This document shows positions 10,077 to 20,249 of a stretch of DNA of 64,000 nt, piece after piece. The stretch spans positions 928,001 through 992,000 of the forward strand of contig JAKFCY010000002.1 of NCBI GenBank assembly GCA_036676395.1, in the 5' to 3' direction. A program made the position numbers and the translations under genes. Positions within the stretch are counted from its first letter, which is position 1, and the number at the start of each line of letters is the position of its first letter. A model generated the notes under the pieces. It made no database searches. It was not told the origin of the DNA and was given only the letters and a program-made list of their open reading frames with translations. Source of the DNA: Bdellovibrio sp. (lineage in GTDB: Bacteria > Bdellovibrionota > Bdellovibrionia > Bdellovibrionales > Bdellovibrionaceae).

Positions 10077-10445
10077 TTGGTCATGACTAATCTTTCGACT
10101 CCGCATCCTTGTTTGTCGTGCGGCGCCTGTTGCGCGTTTTTTCGCGTGTCTTTTCATTGGACTGAAACCGCAAGCGAAAGTCATGCAGTGCCGATTGCTA
10201 TGACTAAGCAGATTTCTCAGTACGTGAATGCGATGAATGGCACAGATCAGGCAAAACCAAGTTGTGTAGCTTTGGTTGGTGTTGTCGGAAAATCCACTTC
10301 TTGTAGCATCTATGAAAATCGCCCTGATTGTTGTCGTATTTTTAAAGCCAGTTTCGAAGATGGCTCTAGAAATGAAGACTGTGAAAAAGCCAGGTTAAGT
10401 AAAGGTTTAAAAGTACTGCAGACATCTGATTGGGCTGCAGTGTAA
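10077..10445 (+). CDS. YkgJ-family cysteine-cluster protein
   Basis: CLSCGACC and CSIYENRPDCCR motifs. Confidence 0.88.
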   Translation: MVMTNLSTPHPCLSCGACCAFFRVSFHWTETASESHAVPIAMTKQISQYVNAMNGTDQAKPSCVALVGVVGKSTSCSIYENRPDCCRIFKASFEDGSRNEDCEKARLSKGLKVLQTSDWAAV

Positions 10446-10513
10446 AAAACTTTGACGAAAACGCCCGAACAAAAATCTCACATTTTATAAAACACTGCTA
10501 AAATTAAAGGTGT

Positions 10514-11359
10514 ATGTTGCAAGAAACATGGAATACGTTTTCTAGCCAAATTGTACAGAAGATCAATGGATTGCTTGATCAGGCCCAGCCTACGTCACTG
10601 AAGGCCTTTCATATTTATAAAATGTGTCAGGCTGAAAATCTATGGGATAAATCTTATTCTGAATTTTCATTTTTACTTGAAGGTTTTTTTCACACCCACC
10701 CCGCAGAGCGCAGCAAAAGCCAAATGGATCAGTTTTTAAACCGGCCTATGGATTGGCGCAGTTTTGAATCTATACATCTGACATTTCGTACGGCTGAAAT
10801 TAATCCGAATGAAATTCGTGATATCGCCAGTTGGGCGCATCATATGTTGCGTCTGCATTACGAAAAAACATCGCCGGTTTCTAGTGTCGACACCTTAAGT
10901 AAAACTATTTTTGATCTGACTCATCCGCAATTGGGTGAAAAAGATCAAAATATTGATTTCGAAGATTTTTGCGATGCATGGAAGGCTGCCGTCGATAAAC
11001 TTTACGGCAAAAAATATGAAGCCGAACATCAGTCAGTGCTTTCTGATTTGCGAAATTTAAACCACCTGCTAGAAACGCAAGCCTTGGAGTTGCCAAGGTT
11101 AAACCGAATATATCTTACCCAAACCGAGATCACCTGGGTTGAACGTTCGCTTGAAGCCGTCGTAGAACGACGCAAAATGCCTCGCTATCCGCTAACGAAA
11201 GGGCCCGAAAAATCGCGCCTTGTGGATTTATTAAAATGGCTAACGCTATGGGAAATATCTAAAGACGTCAAAGCGCCTGCTGTACAGGATAAGGTTGAAA
11301 AGCTACGCATTTATATTCAAAAAGAATGCGACGATCTGCTAGCCACTTGCCGAAGATAG
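10514..11359 (+). CDS. hypothetical cytoplasmic protein
   Basis: 281-aa ORF with AAGGTG RBS; no motif recognised. Confidence 0.7.
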   Translation: MLQETWNTFSSQIVQKINGLLDQAQPTSLKAFHIYKMCQAENLWDKSYSEFSFLLEGFFHTHPAERSKSQMDQFLNRPMDWRSFESIHLTFRTAEINPNEIRDIASWAHHMLRLHYEKTSPVSSVDTLSKTIFDLTHPQLGEKDQNIDFEDFCDAWKAAVDKLYGKKYEAEHQSVLSDLRNLNHLLETQALELPRLNRIYLTQTEITWVERSLEAVVERRKMPRYPLTKGPEKSRLVDLLKWLTLWEISKDVKAPAVQDKVEKLRIYIQKECDDLLATCRR

Positions 11360-11390
11360 TGCTATCACAGCTCCATCATTAGGGGGCTAT

Positions 11391-12143
11391 ATGATGGTGT
11401 TACTTCTTGTTTCAATATTAGCGCTAGCGGCGTGTTCACCGGCAAATAATTTTAATACATCAAATGCAGTGTCTGAATCAGCAACTATCGTCAACGGTAA
11501 AGCTGTGGCCGCGACAGATTTATATACGCGCCATACGGTAGCGATTGCACCCGAAAATAATACTCCATGTACCGGAGTCATCATTGCGCCTCATTTTATT
11601 TTATCGGCGGCTCACTGCGGTGATTATTTTTCGAAAGGTCATATTTATTTCGGACTGGTTTCTAAGGTTGGTAAGGCCATTGTCTACAAAGTTAAAAACG
11701 TAACGCCGCACCCGAAATACTGCGGCTCATGTTTTTTTGGGGATACTGAGCCTGCAGACTTTAAAGATTATGCAATCGTGGAATTTGAAGAAGACCTGCC
11801 GCCAGGATTTAAAGCAGTTCAGATGGCTACGTTAAAACAAATTAAAAAAGGCACAACCATTCATCTTGCAGGTTTTGGTCTAGATGAAAAATATGAATAC
11901 GATGGCATCTTAAAAGCGACGCGTGTGCCGGTAACAGCTGTTGGTAAATATGAATTTATGACCGACGAAACAAAAAATGGTTCGTGCCGAGGAGACTCAG
12001 GTGGGCCAGCCTATGTTATGGAAGACGGTAAAATCTATTTAGCCGGTATCACAAGCCGTGGCGATGCACTTTGCCGCAATTACGGTATGTATGGCATTGC
12101 TGCAGTAGAAATGGACTGGATTAATTCAGTCATTAATAAGTAA
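11391..12143 (+). CDS. S1 trypsin-like serine protease, lipoprotein
   Basis: Lipobox LAAC, IVNG, LSAAHC, GDSGGP. Confidence 0.92.
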   Translation: MMVLLLVSILALAACSPANNFNTSNAVSESATIVNGKAVAATDLYTRHTVAIAPENNTPCTGVIIAPHFILSAAHCGDYFSKGHIYFGLVSKVGKAIVYKVKNVTPHPKYCGSCFFGDTEPADFKDYAIVEFEEDLPPGFKAVQMATLKQIKKGTTIHLAGFGLDEKYEYDGILKATRVPVTAVGKYEFMTDETKNGSCRGDSGGPAYVMEDGKIYLAGITSRGDALCRNYGMYGIAAVEMDWINSVINK

Positions 12144-12156
12144 TGCATAAATCTGC

Positions 12157-13044
12157 TTAACGCAGAAAAAATGTATTCATCAGTTTTGCCGCTACGGGAT
12201 TTTCAATTTTTCTTTGTGCCGAGCTCAGCCAAACTTCTTCGTAAACACCTTTAAGCCGCCCCAGGCGAATCAGATTTTCTTCGTGTGCAGCGCCCACTTC
12301 TGAAAAGGGGGCAAGGCCAATGCCATCAGAGGCCAGTAATTTTTGAAGGCTAGTGTCTTGAGTTTCTGCGACCGGAATCACGTGAATATTCTGCAGTTTA
12401 AAGTAGTGATTCAGATCATGACGAAGTTTGCTATGCGCCGTCGGCAGTACAAAAGGTTTTCCTTTTAAAGACTGCGGAAATGATTTTTTGACCGACTTAA
12501 ATTTTTTTGATCCGAAAATTGAAACCGGAAGCTGGGCAACGGATTTTGAAAAGACCTGACGTTGTTCGAGTGCTGGCGGGTAGTTGGATAAAATAAGATC
12601 AATTCTGTGTGCGTACAGTTCGCGAAACAGTTCATCGCCCTTGCCCTCAAGAATGGAGACGGTACATGTCGGCGAGATCTGATAACATTCTTTGACTAAA
12701 GAAAGAATAACGCTTTTCGGTACGCTATCAAGTGCGCCAATTTGAATATGTGTTTGGTTATTTAAATTTTTATCCTGCAGAACTTCAAGCATTTCATCAC
12801 CCAGGCGAAATATTTCATTGGCATAATCTAACGCCGATTTGCCAGCTTCTGTTAAAATCATTTTGCGATTTCTGCGTTCAAATAAAGGTTTACCCACCAT
12901 TTCTTCAAGTTGTTTTAATTGCGAACTTAAAGTCGGCTGTCCTAAACGAAGTTTTTCGGCGGCCTTGGCGATTCCGCCTTCGGTGGCGATTGTGCGAAAA
13001 TAATTAAGGTGGTGATAGTTAAGCCAATGCGTTGGAAGATCCAT
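12157..13044 (-). CDS. LysR-family regulator, NhaR-like
   Basis: WLNYHHLNYF HTH start typical of the NhaR clade; LysR substrate domain. Confidence 0.88.
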   Translation of the reverse strand: MDLPTHWLNYHHLNYFRTIATEGGIAKAAEKLRLGQPTLSSQLKQLEEMVGKPLFERRNRKMILTEAGKSALDYANEIFRLGDEMLEVLQDKNLNNQTHIQIGALDSVPKSVILSLVKECYQISPTCTVSILEGKGDELFRELYAHRIDLILSNYPPALEQRQVFSKSVAQLPVSIFGSKKFKSVKKSFPQSLKGKPFVLPTAHSKLRHDLNHYFKLQNIHVIPVAETQDTSLQKLLASDGIGLAPFSEVGAAHEENLIRLGRLKGVYEEVWLSSAQRKIENPVAAKLMNTFFLR

Positions 13045-13156
13045 TTAAAGCCTTTAATATAATTTGTTTAAAGCGAATGATTTGATTGTATTTATCGTAT
13101 TTTAGAAAGTATGCGTCAAGGCTATACTTAAAAAATAATTCACCCAGGAGGAATAA

Positions 13157-13393
13157 ATGAAATGTCCAACTTGCCCAGATGCAACTTTACTGATGAGCAC
13201 TCGCCAAGAAATTGAAATCGACTATTGCCCGCAGTGTCGTGGCGTATGGCTTGATCGCGGAGAACTTGATAAGATCATCGAACGCTCGGCAGCGCCATCA
13301 ACAAATAATCATTATAAGCACTCCGACGATGATCACAAAAAAGATCAGTACTATAAAAGAAAAAAATCATTTCTTTCAGAAATTTTTGATTAA
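13157..13393 (+). CDS. zf-TFIIB-type zinc-ribbon protein
   Basis: MKCPTC, EIDYCPQCRGVWLDRGEL, KKSFLSEIFD. Confidence 0.9.
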   Translation: MKCPTCPDATLLMSTRQEIEIDYCPQCRGVWLDRGELDKIIERSAAPSTNNHYKHSDDDHKKDQYYKRKKSFLSEIFD

Positions 13394-13395
13394 TT

Positions 13396-14352
13396 ATGGG
13401 CGATTTAGCTTCAAGTATCTCAATAGCCCCTCCCTGGTTATGGATTAGCTTCTGTGTGGGTATTTTTGTTCTGCTGTTAATCGATTTAAGTCTTTTCGGT
13501 AAAGCCGGGCATAAAGTTTCACGTAAATCCGCTCTGATCGAAAGCGGCTTATGGATCAGTGTGGCGCTGCTTTTTAACCTTTGGTTCGGCGATGCTTTCG
13601 GTAAAGAACTGGGTTTAGAGTTTCTGACGGGTTACTTGGTCGAAAAAAGTCTGAGTGTAGACAACCTGTTTGTTATTATTTTGATTTTCAGTGCTTTTAA
13701 AATACCCGAGCAACACCAGCATCGCGTTCTTTTCTACGGTGTATTAGGTGCAATAGTTTTGCGAGCTTTTTTTATTATCATAGGCGCACAGCTTCTTCAT
13801 CATTTTCACTGGATTCTATATGTTTTCGGAGCCGTTTTAATTTTTACAGCCATCAAGATTTTGCGCGAAGTCGAAGAAACACAGAATGTTAAAGATAATT
13901 GGGTCATTCGTTTTATTAAACGTTTTATCCCAACAACGACAACTTATGCTGGAAATCATTTTTTTCTTTTAGAAAATGGAGTTCGCAAGGCGACGCCATT
14001 GTTTCTTGCACTGGTGGTGATTGAAGTCACAGATCTGGTTTTTGCCGTGGATTCGATTCCGGCCGTGTTTGCTGTGACCCAAGATGCCTTTGTTGCTTTC
14101 GCGTCAAATATTTTGGCTATCTTGGGATTACGCGCACTTTACTTTGTTCTGGCTGATTGGGTCGGAAAGCTGCGCTATCTAAAGCCAGGCCTAGCTGCGG
14201 TTTTGGGGTTTATCGGCGTGAAGATGCTTTTACTTGATGTGTACAAAATTCCAAGTTCGGTTTCGTTACTGGTTATTTTTTCGATTCTTCTGACAGCGGC
14301 ATTAAGCTCTTGGTACGTTGCCAGACTAGAAAAACGAAAATTGAAGAATTAA
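13396..14352 (+). CDS. TerC/Alx-family metal homeostasis membrane protein
   Basis: GYLVEKSLSVDNLFV and DLVFAVDSIPA motifs. Confidence 0.93.
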   Translation: MGDLASSISIAPPWLWISFCVGIFVLLLIDLSLFGKAGHKVSRKSALIESGLWISVALLFNLWFGDAFGKELGLEFLTGYLVEKSLSVDNLFVIILIFSAFKIPEQHQHRVLFYGVLGAIVLRAFFIIIGAQLLHHFHWILYVFGAVLIFTAIKILREVEETQNVKDNWVIRFIKRFIPTTTTYAGNHFFLLENGVRKATPLFLALVVIEVTDLVFAVDSIPAVFAVTQDAFVAFASNILAILGLRALYFVLADWVGKLRYLKPGLAAVLGFIGVKMLLLDVYKIPSSVSLLVIFSILLTAALSSWYVARLEKRKLKN

Positions 14353-15605
14353 ACATCACCGAATTTTCGGGTTAAAAATTCTGATAAAAATAAAGCGTAG
14401 ATGGCATATCCCATAAACAGATAAAATCCAGGTTGCAGGGATGTGCCATTCGTCGTTAGTAGAACGATTTCTTGATCTGCAGCATGCAGTTTACCTAATT
14501 GGCTAGAGATTACGCCGCTAAAGCCGATATAGGCCATAAAAATCGCGATGATCATAACATCGGTCATCGACCATTTTCCCGATTTGTGAACAAAAAAGTG
14601 AATGATTTTGTTTTTACGAAAGCCCCAGCTATTATAGTAAAAAAGCAGTGATGACACGAGCTTAAACGCCGGAAAAATAATACTAAAAAGCACCATCAGT
14701 AAACCCACGATTTGCATTTCTAGTTTAGCATGGGTGATCATCAACCAGAAAACATCAATCACACTTTTAGACTGAAAATATAAAACCTGATTTAAAAACT
14801 TAACCGGATGGTCCATCAGCACGAAACTCATCTCTGAAATTTTAGCTTCAAGATCGATCATCGGCGTTGTCACGCCACAACTGAGTAACACAAATAAAGC
14901 CACGACTAAAATGATATAATGCAGACTTGGAATCGGGCCTTTACCCAGGGCCGATAATAAAAACAACAGACCGACTAAGCCTAGTAATGTCCAAGACTGC
15001 GCCGAGACCAATTTATGTGTGTCTTTGATTTCCTGATCTAATTTTTCGCGGGCTGCTACAATATCGGCTGCGTTCAATTTTAAGATAATGGCATCAATGG
15101 CTGAACGATCCTGCTGCTCATAGGTTCTTTCAAAGTAGTCTTCAACTTTATCCAGCATCAGTTCTTTAATATTTTTTTTAGACTTGGGGCGATTCATGAT
15201 TTTAATCACTTCATCAGCGTAACGCGGAACCCCGGCTTTAATGTCTTTCACATCAACAAAGGTATTTATAAAAGCTTGTTTTACGCGGCCCTTAAAGGTG
15301 TCTTTATTCTTTTTTTGGATATGGTCTTGCACGCTATCAATAAGTTTGTGCAGCTGTGCTTCAACCAGCGGCTTGAGCTGTTCTTTATTTTTTCGAAGAT
15401 CTAAATCTGTAATTTCACTTTCGATGATTTCGTTAAGTTGGTGCTTCCATTCGTTGATGCTGAACAGACCATACTTAATATGATTAATTTCGGCGTAGTC
15501 TTTTTTACGTTCTTGATTGGCGATAGAATTCACGATGATGTGGTAGGCGAACCCAAAACATACGCAAAGAATAAGAATAAATAGGCCGGATTTCCAATTT
15601 TTCAC
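14349..15605 (-). CDS. paraquat-inducible protein A (PqiA)-domain membrane protein
   Basis: FSIIFP..K and GKWSMTDV motifs; long periplasmic helical N-region. Confidence 0.8.
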   Translation of the reverse strand: MKNWKSGLFILILCVCFGFAYHIIVNSIANQERKKDYAEINHIKYGLFSINEWKHQLNEIIESEITDLDLRKNKEQLKPLVEAQLHKLIDSVQDHIQKKNKDTFKGRVKQAFINTFVDVKDIKAGVPRYADEVIKIMNRPKSKKNIKELMLDKVEDYFERTYEQQDRSAIDAIILKLNAADIVAAREKLDQEIKDTHKLVSAQSWTLLGLVGLLFLLSALGKGPIPSLHYIILVVALFVLLSCGVTTPMIDLEAKISEMSFVLMDHPVKFLNQVLYFQSKSVIDVFWLMITHAKLEMQIVGLLMVLFSIIFPAFKLVSSLLFYYNSWGFRKNKIIHFFVHKSGKWSMTDVMIIAIFMAYIGFSGVISSQLGKLHAADQEIVLLTTNGTSLQPGFYLFMGYAIYALFLSEFLTRKFGDV

Positions 15606-15750
15606 AAGTTAGAATTTACGATCAGCGATGTAAAGACAAGCAAATACTCATTTTTTGGTCGCAGGCCGTCTAAATTGATGGTCTTGGGTTGTCTTAGTCT
15701 TAAATTGCTTGTTAGGCTTTATGAGTTAGAACTTTAGAAAAGGATGTCTT

Positions 15751-16029
15751 ATGAAAAATATTTTATTAACTGCCGTGTTAATTTTAATTTCTTCGGTTGC
15801 AATGGCGACTCAGGTGCGTGCTACAGCAGAATATTACACAAATCCAAACAGTAAAACGGTTAAGTCAGCTTGCCTTATGGCTTCAGAAGCCGCAACACGT
15901 TCATTAAAAGCAAAGTGCGAACTTTTAGATGAAACTGTTGGCGCATACGCTAACGTAACAGTAGAGCCTGTGCTTATTGACGAACAAAATGGTTTTTGCG
16001 TAGCTGTTGCTGAAACAAACTGTAAGTAG
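15751..16029 (+). CDS. small secreted protein
   Basis: AAGGA RBS, signal peptide, four Cys. Confidence 0.75.
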   Translation: MKNILLTAVLILISSVAMATQVRATAEYYTNPNSKTVKSACLMASEAATRSLKAKCELLDETVGAYANVTVEPVLIDEQNGFCVAVAETNCK

Positions 16030-16032
16030 GAG

Positions 16033-16281
16033 ATGACAATGTCTGAAGATATGAAAGCCGAATTAGAAAGACTAAGAGCCGAAAACGAAGCTCTTAAAAA
16101 TAAAAAATCTGGTGGAGCACTTTCTATGAAAGTCAGCGAAAAGGGCGCCTTGTCAGTTTATGGTATGGGACGTTTTCCGGTAACGCTTTATAAAGAACAA
16201 TGGTTAAAACTATTAGGCATTGCTGAAGAGCTTAAAGCTTTTATTGCTGAAAATGACAGCCGTTTAAAAAACAAAGAATAG
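16033..16281 (+). CDS. conserved small coiled-coil protein (possibly PC4-like)
   Basis: AGGAG RBS; coiled coil followed by KVSEKGALSVYGMGRFPVTLYKEQW. Confidence 0.75.
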   Translation: MTMSEDMKAELERLRAENEALKNKKSGGALSMKVSEKGALSVYGMGRFPVTLYKEQWLKLLGIAEELKAFIAENDSRLKNKE

Positions 16282-16302
16282 CAGTAAATACAAAAACTGT
16301 GA

Positions 16303-19017
16303 TCAGAAATTCGTGTAATGCGAAATCGTGCGCAACAAGATGCTGCGGTCGATAGGTTTGGTCACATGATCGTTAAAACCGTATTGTTGGGTTTTTTCAC
16401 GCTCTTCTTTCATCGCATGTGCAGTCAGGGCGATGATCGGCACAGAATATTTTTTTTCGCGTAATATTTTAGTGGCTTCGTAACCATCCATGACCGGCAT
16501 TTGTAAATCCATAAGAACAATGTCGTATTTATTTTCTAAGGCTTTTTTTACGCCCTCTTGGCCATTCTTAGCCAGGTCTGCTGTAACACCGGCTAAATTT
16601 AGAATGTGTTGAATCAGTTCAAGGTTGTCATCGCTATCATCAACTAATAAAGCACGAACTCCGGTCAGATCAGAAATTTGATCTTTTAATCGTTCTGACA
16701 TCGCAACGGCTGCTTTTGGTGCAAGTTGATCTGAAGCTTTCATTGTGGTTTCACCTTGATTGATGGTAATCACAAAGGTGCTGCCAAAACCGAGGGTGCT
16801 TGATTCTAAAACCACATCGCCACCTAAGGCTTTAGCCAGTTTTTTTGACAACACTAAACCTAGACCCGTGCCGCCGAATTTTCGGGTTGTTGTGGCGTCA
16901 GCTTGGGTGAACGGCGAAAATAATTTGTTGGCTTGTGCCTGTGAAATTCCGGTTCCGGTGTCTTGAACAGAAAATAAAATTTGCTGTGCATTTTCAGGAT
17001 TTTTTTTAACTTTAATTTTAATAAAACCTTTGTCGGTAAACTTAATCGCATTGCCGACAATATTAAAAAGAATCTGGCGCAGACGTGTAGGATCAGTTTT
17101 AATTGCCACAGGTAAGTCTTTTTCGGGTTCCAGATAAAGTTCTAAACCTTTACCGGTGGCTTCTAAATTTAAAAACTGTGATACATCATTTAAAAGATCA
17201 TTTAAACGCACATCGATTTTTTCGATTTGTAATTTACCGGCTTCAACTTTTGAAAGATCTAAAATGTCATTAATGATGGTCGATAAAAGTTTGCCGTTTC
17301 TTTTAATAATGCCGATCATGTTTTCTTTTTCAGAGGCTTTGGTTTTTGGGTCGGTCAGAAGTTCAGAAAACCCGATGATAGCGCCTAAGGGTGTGCGGAT
17401 TTCGTGACTCATATTTGCAAGAAAGGCACTTTTAGTTTCGTTGGCTACTTCGGCTTCTTGTTTTGCGCTCTTAAGCTCTACTTCGATTTCTTTATATTTT
17501 TTGATATCAGTGGCAACTAAGATAAATCCTTTTACTTCTTCGCTGTCATCAAATTCAGGAAGAAAGTTAATGTTTAGAATCGTGTCTATATCTGGATCTG
17601 CTTTAGATCTGGATTTTCGTTCATAGGCCAGAGTTTCACCTTTTAAAACTCGATCAATAAAAAATTTATTTGCAGGATACCGTTCTGGACCAAGCACTTC
17701 GGCGAACGAATATTTTTTGATGTCTTCCTGGTTAATGCCGAACCACTGGCAAAAAGAGCTGTTGGCAAATAGAATATTTTCGTCTTTATCAAATCGTGCC
17801 AGCAGTTGTGGTACTGCATTGGTGATAATTTTTAATTGTTTTTCGCTGTGGAGTACGGCCAGTGTGCGTTCTCGTACTCTTAGCTCAAGCTCTTCGCTTA
17901 AATTTTTCATGCGTGTAACATCGCGCACGACTTTTGAAAATCCGGTGATTTTATTGTTATGATCAAATAGAGGATCAATGACAATATTAGCCCAAAAATG
18001 CACGCCATCTTTACGCCGACGAATAGTTTCAGCCTCGAAGTGCCCTGTTTCGCTGGCCATTGCTAGCTCTAGCTCGAGTGTATCTTCGGGTAAATTGGCT
18101 GGATATATAATTGAAATGTGTTTTCCGATAGCTTCTTTATCGGTGTAACCGGTAATCTTTTGCGCGCCTGAATTCCACGTCGTGATAAAACCCGTTTCGT
18201 CGATAATAAAAATGGCATAATCTTTAACAGCTTCTACAAGAAAGCGGTACTTTTCTTCGCTGCGCAGTTCACGATCGCGAATTATACGTTGAGTAATGGT
18301 GCCGACTAAGGCTAAACCTAAAATAAAAAATGTGGCCACAACTGTTGTGAAGATGAGTTCATGAGTCACCAAGATATGCGCATCTTGAAAGCTATAGGCA
18401 GAGTCAACATGAACAAAAGTTGCGGCAAGCATCCCAACATAATGCATTCCTGCGATAGCACCACCCATAAGAACACTTGCCAGCAACAATAATTTATAAC
18501 GATATTGTTGTTCGCGCAGCTGAATCGAAACTGTTAAGGCAGAGTATGATGCGACTATGGCAATGATAAAAGATATTAAAACTAATAATTTGTTCCATTC
18601 AATATGCGCCTGCATTCGCATCGAAAACATGCCGATGTAGTGCATGCCACAAATAGCCACGGCCATAGCAAAGCCACCATAGAGTATTGAAAACTTGGTC
18701 ACGCGTGGCCTGCTTATAACAATTAAAGCTAAAAGACTTCCGCCGATGGCGACCAACACTGACAGAATCATTAATGGCACATTGTAGCCCATGTCCATTC
18801 CGGGCATTTTAAAAGCGAGCATGCCGATAAAGTGCATGCTCCAGATACCAAAGCCCATGGCTAATGAGCCAAAGCCAAGCCATAAAATTTTGTTTTTTCC
18901 CTCAGCCTGAGTGACCGGATAGGCTAAGCTTAAGGCGACGTAAGCAGCAAAGATGGCTACTAATACAGATAATAAAATTAGCCCGGGATCGTAGGCTACT
19001 TGAATTACGTGATTCAT
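16303..19017 (-). CDS. MHYT-PAS-PAS hybrid histidine kinase
   Basis: Three MH(F/Y) repeats, PAS domains, SHEIRTPL H-box, receiver DLQMP. Confidence 0.93.
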   Translation of the reverse strand: MNHVIQVAYDPGLILLSVLVAIFAAYVALSLAYPVTQAEGKNKILWLGFGSLAMGFGIWSMHFIGMLAFKMPGMDMGYNVPLMILSVLVAIGGSLLALIVISRPRVTKFSILYGGFAMAVAICGMHYIGMFSMRMQAHIEWNKLLVLISFIIAIVASYSALTVSIQLREQQYRYKLLLLASVLMGGAIAGMHYVGMLAATFVHVDSAYSFQDAHILVTHELIFTTVVATFFILGLALVGTITQRIIRDRELRSEEKYRFLVEAVKDYAIFIIDETGFITTWNSGAQKITGYTDKEAIGKHISIIYPANLPEDTLELELAMASETGHFEAETIRRRKDGVHFWANIVIDPLFDHNNKITGFSKVVRDVTRMKNLSEELELRVRERTLAVLHSEKQLKIITNAVPQLLARFDKDENILFANSSFCQWFGINQEDIKKYSFAEVLGPERYPANKFFIDRVLKGETLAYERKSRSKADPDIDTILNINFLPEFDDSEEVKGFILVATDIKKYKEIEVELKSAKQEAEVANETKSAFLANMSHEIRTPLGAIIGFSELLTDPKTKASEKENMIGIIKRNGKLLSTIINDILDLSKVEAGKLQIEKIDVRLNDLLNDVSQFLNLEATGKGLELYLEPEKDLPVAIKTDPTRLRQILFNIVGNAIKFTDKGFIKIKVKKNPENAQQILFSVQDTGTGISQAQANKLFSPFTQADATTTRKFGGTGLGLVLSKKLAKALGGDVVLESSTLGFGSTFVITINQGETTMKASDQLAPKAAVAMSERLKDQISDLTGVRALLVDDSDDNLELIQHILNLAGVTADLAKNGQEGVKKALENKYDIVLMDLQMPVMDGYEATKILREKKYSVPIIALTAHAMKEEREKTQQYGFNDHVTKPIDRSILLRTISHYTNF

Positions 19018-19159
19018 AGTTAAAAAATATCATGAAATTTTGTAAAGGTTTCGCAAAAAAGCATCATGGGGTAATTTGGTATATTTATAGACGCAGCTTG
19101 TTCGTATCGTTTTTGCTTTTCCACTGATTAGAGCTGCTATCGCTGCCATCGGAGGAAAT

Positions 19160-19750
19160 ATGTCCAATATTCATATTCCAATAAAGGAAAAGTTAAAATC
19201 AATTCCTGAAATGCTGGGGATCAGGCTCAATGAAGAACCGCCGTACGAAAGCGTTGAAAAAGAGGGTGATTTTGAAATCCGCGTTTATCAAAAACAGCTT
19301 CGAGCTTCGGTGACCATTGAAAATAGGCCCTTTGATGAATTCAGAGAAAAAGCATTTGATACTTTGACCGAGTATGTTTATGGCGAAAACTCAGAAATAA
19401 TCGATATGACTTCTCCGGCATTGCTCAGTCAAACCAGTGACAACAGCTGGACGATGAGTATTGTTCTTCCAGAAAAGTTTTCGCTGAAGGATATGCCTAA
19501 ACCGTTAAATCCAGACATTCAAATTTCTGAAGTTAAAGCTACGGATGTCGCTGTATATTGTTATCACGGAAACAATTCACTGGAAAAAATTGAGACTCAT
19601 AAAAAAGAATTACTTGATTGGCTTGATAAACATCCAAAATATGAAGCGGCAGGTGAAGCATCGGCTGCGCAATATGATGCGCCTTTTGTAATTCCATTCA
19701 TGAAAAAAAATGAAATTCATGTGCCGATCAGATCAATTGCTTTTGTTTAA
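19160..19750 (+). CDS. SOUL-family heme-binding protein
   Basis: EEPPY...FEIRVY, MTSP, AQYDAPF...NEI. Confidence 0.85.
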   Translation: MSNIHIPIKEKLKSIPEMLGIRLNEEPPYESVEKEGDFEIRVYQKQLRASVTIENRPFDEFREKAFDTLTEYVYGENSEIIDMTSPALLSQTSDNSWTMSIVLPEKFSLKDMPKPLNPDIQISEVKATDVAVYCYHGNNSLEKIETHKKELLDWLDKHPKYEAAGEASAAQYDAPFVIPFMKKNEIHVPIRSIAFV

Positions 19751-20211
19751 GTCGTGTAATAGCGGTAGAGGTAATTTGTTCGTTGTCCGGTGAAATAGCC
19801 AGACAGAATGCCGCTTAAGACAAGTTCCCAATCGAAGTAGCGTATATACGCTACAGGATCAGTTGCCTGAAGATAGCCGAAGAAGTATTTCATGACGAAT
19901 ATTCCAAGAAGAATAATAATTAACGAAGAGCTTCCGGGAATCTGAATAGACTTTATATCTTTTAAAACCTTGATAGGAGAGTTTCGCACTTTAACAAAGC
20001 CTGCGAAAAGTCCTGCAGATAAGCCGACAAGATAGATCCATGCATCCGGCGAAAGAAAGACTCTAAATTTTAAGGCGATTAAGGCCAATGGCAAGAAAAT
20101 CAATTTATCGAGTGTAACGATGCGGGGTTTTAAGGCCTGTATGCCAACATACAAAAGATAACCTAAAATTCCCCAAACCCAAAGAGGCGTGTTTCTGATG
20201 ATATCAACCAT
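19747..20211 (-). CDS. membrane protein (DUF1453/CcdC-like)
   Basis: TPLWVW start, IPGS motif, 4-5 TM. Confidence 0.6.
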   Translation of the reverse strand: MVDIIRNTPLWVWGILGYLLYVGIQALKPRIVTLDKLIFLPLALIALKFRVFLSPDAWIYLVGLSAGLFAGFVKVRNSPIKVLKDIKSIQIPGSSSLIIILLGIFVMKYFFGYLQATDPVAYIRYFDWELVLSGILSGYFTGQRTNYLYRYYTT

Positions 20212-20249
20212 GACCTAAGGTTAATGTTGATTAATTCTTAGCGCAAGAT

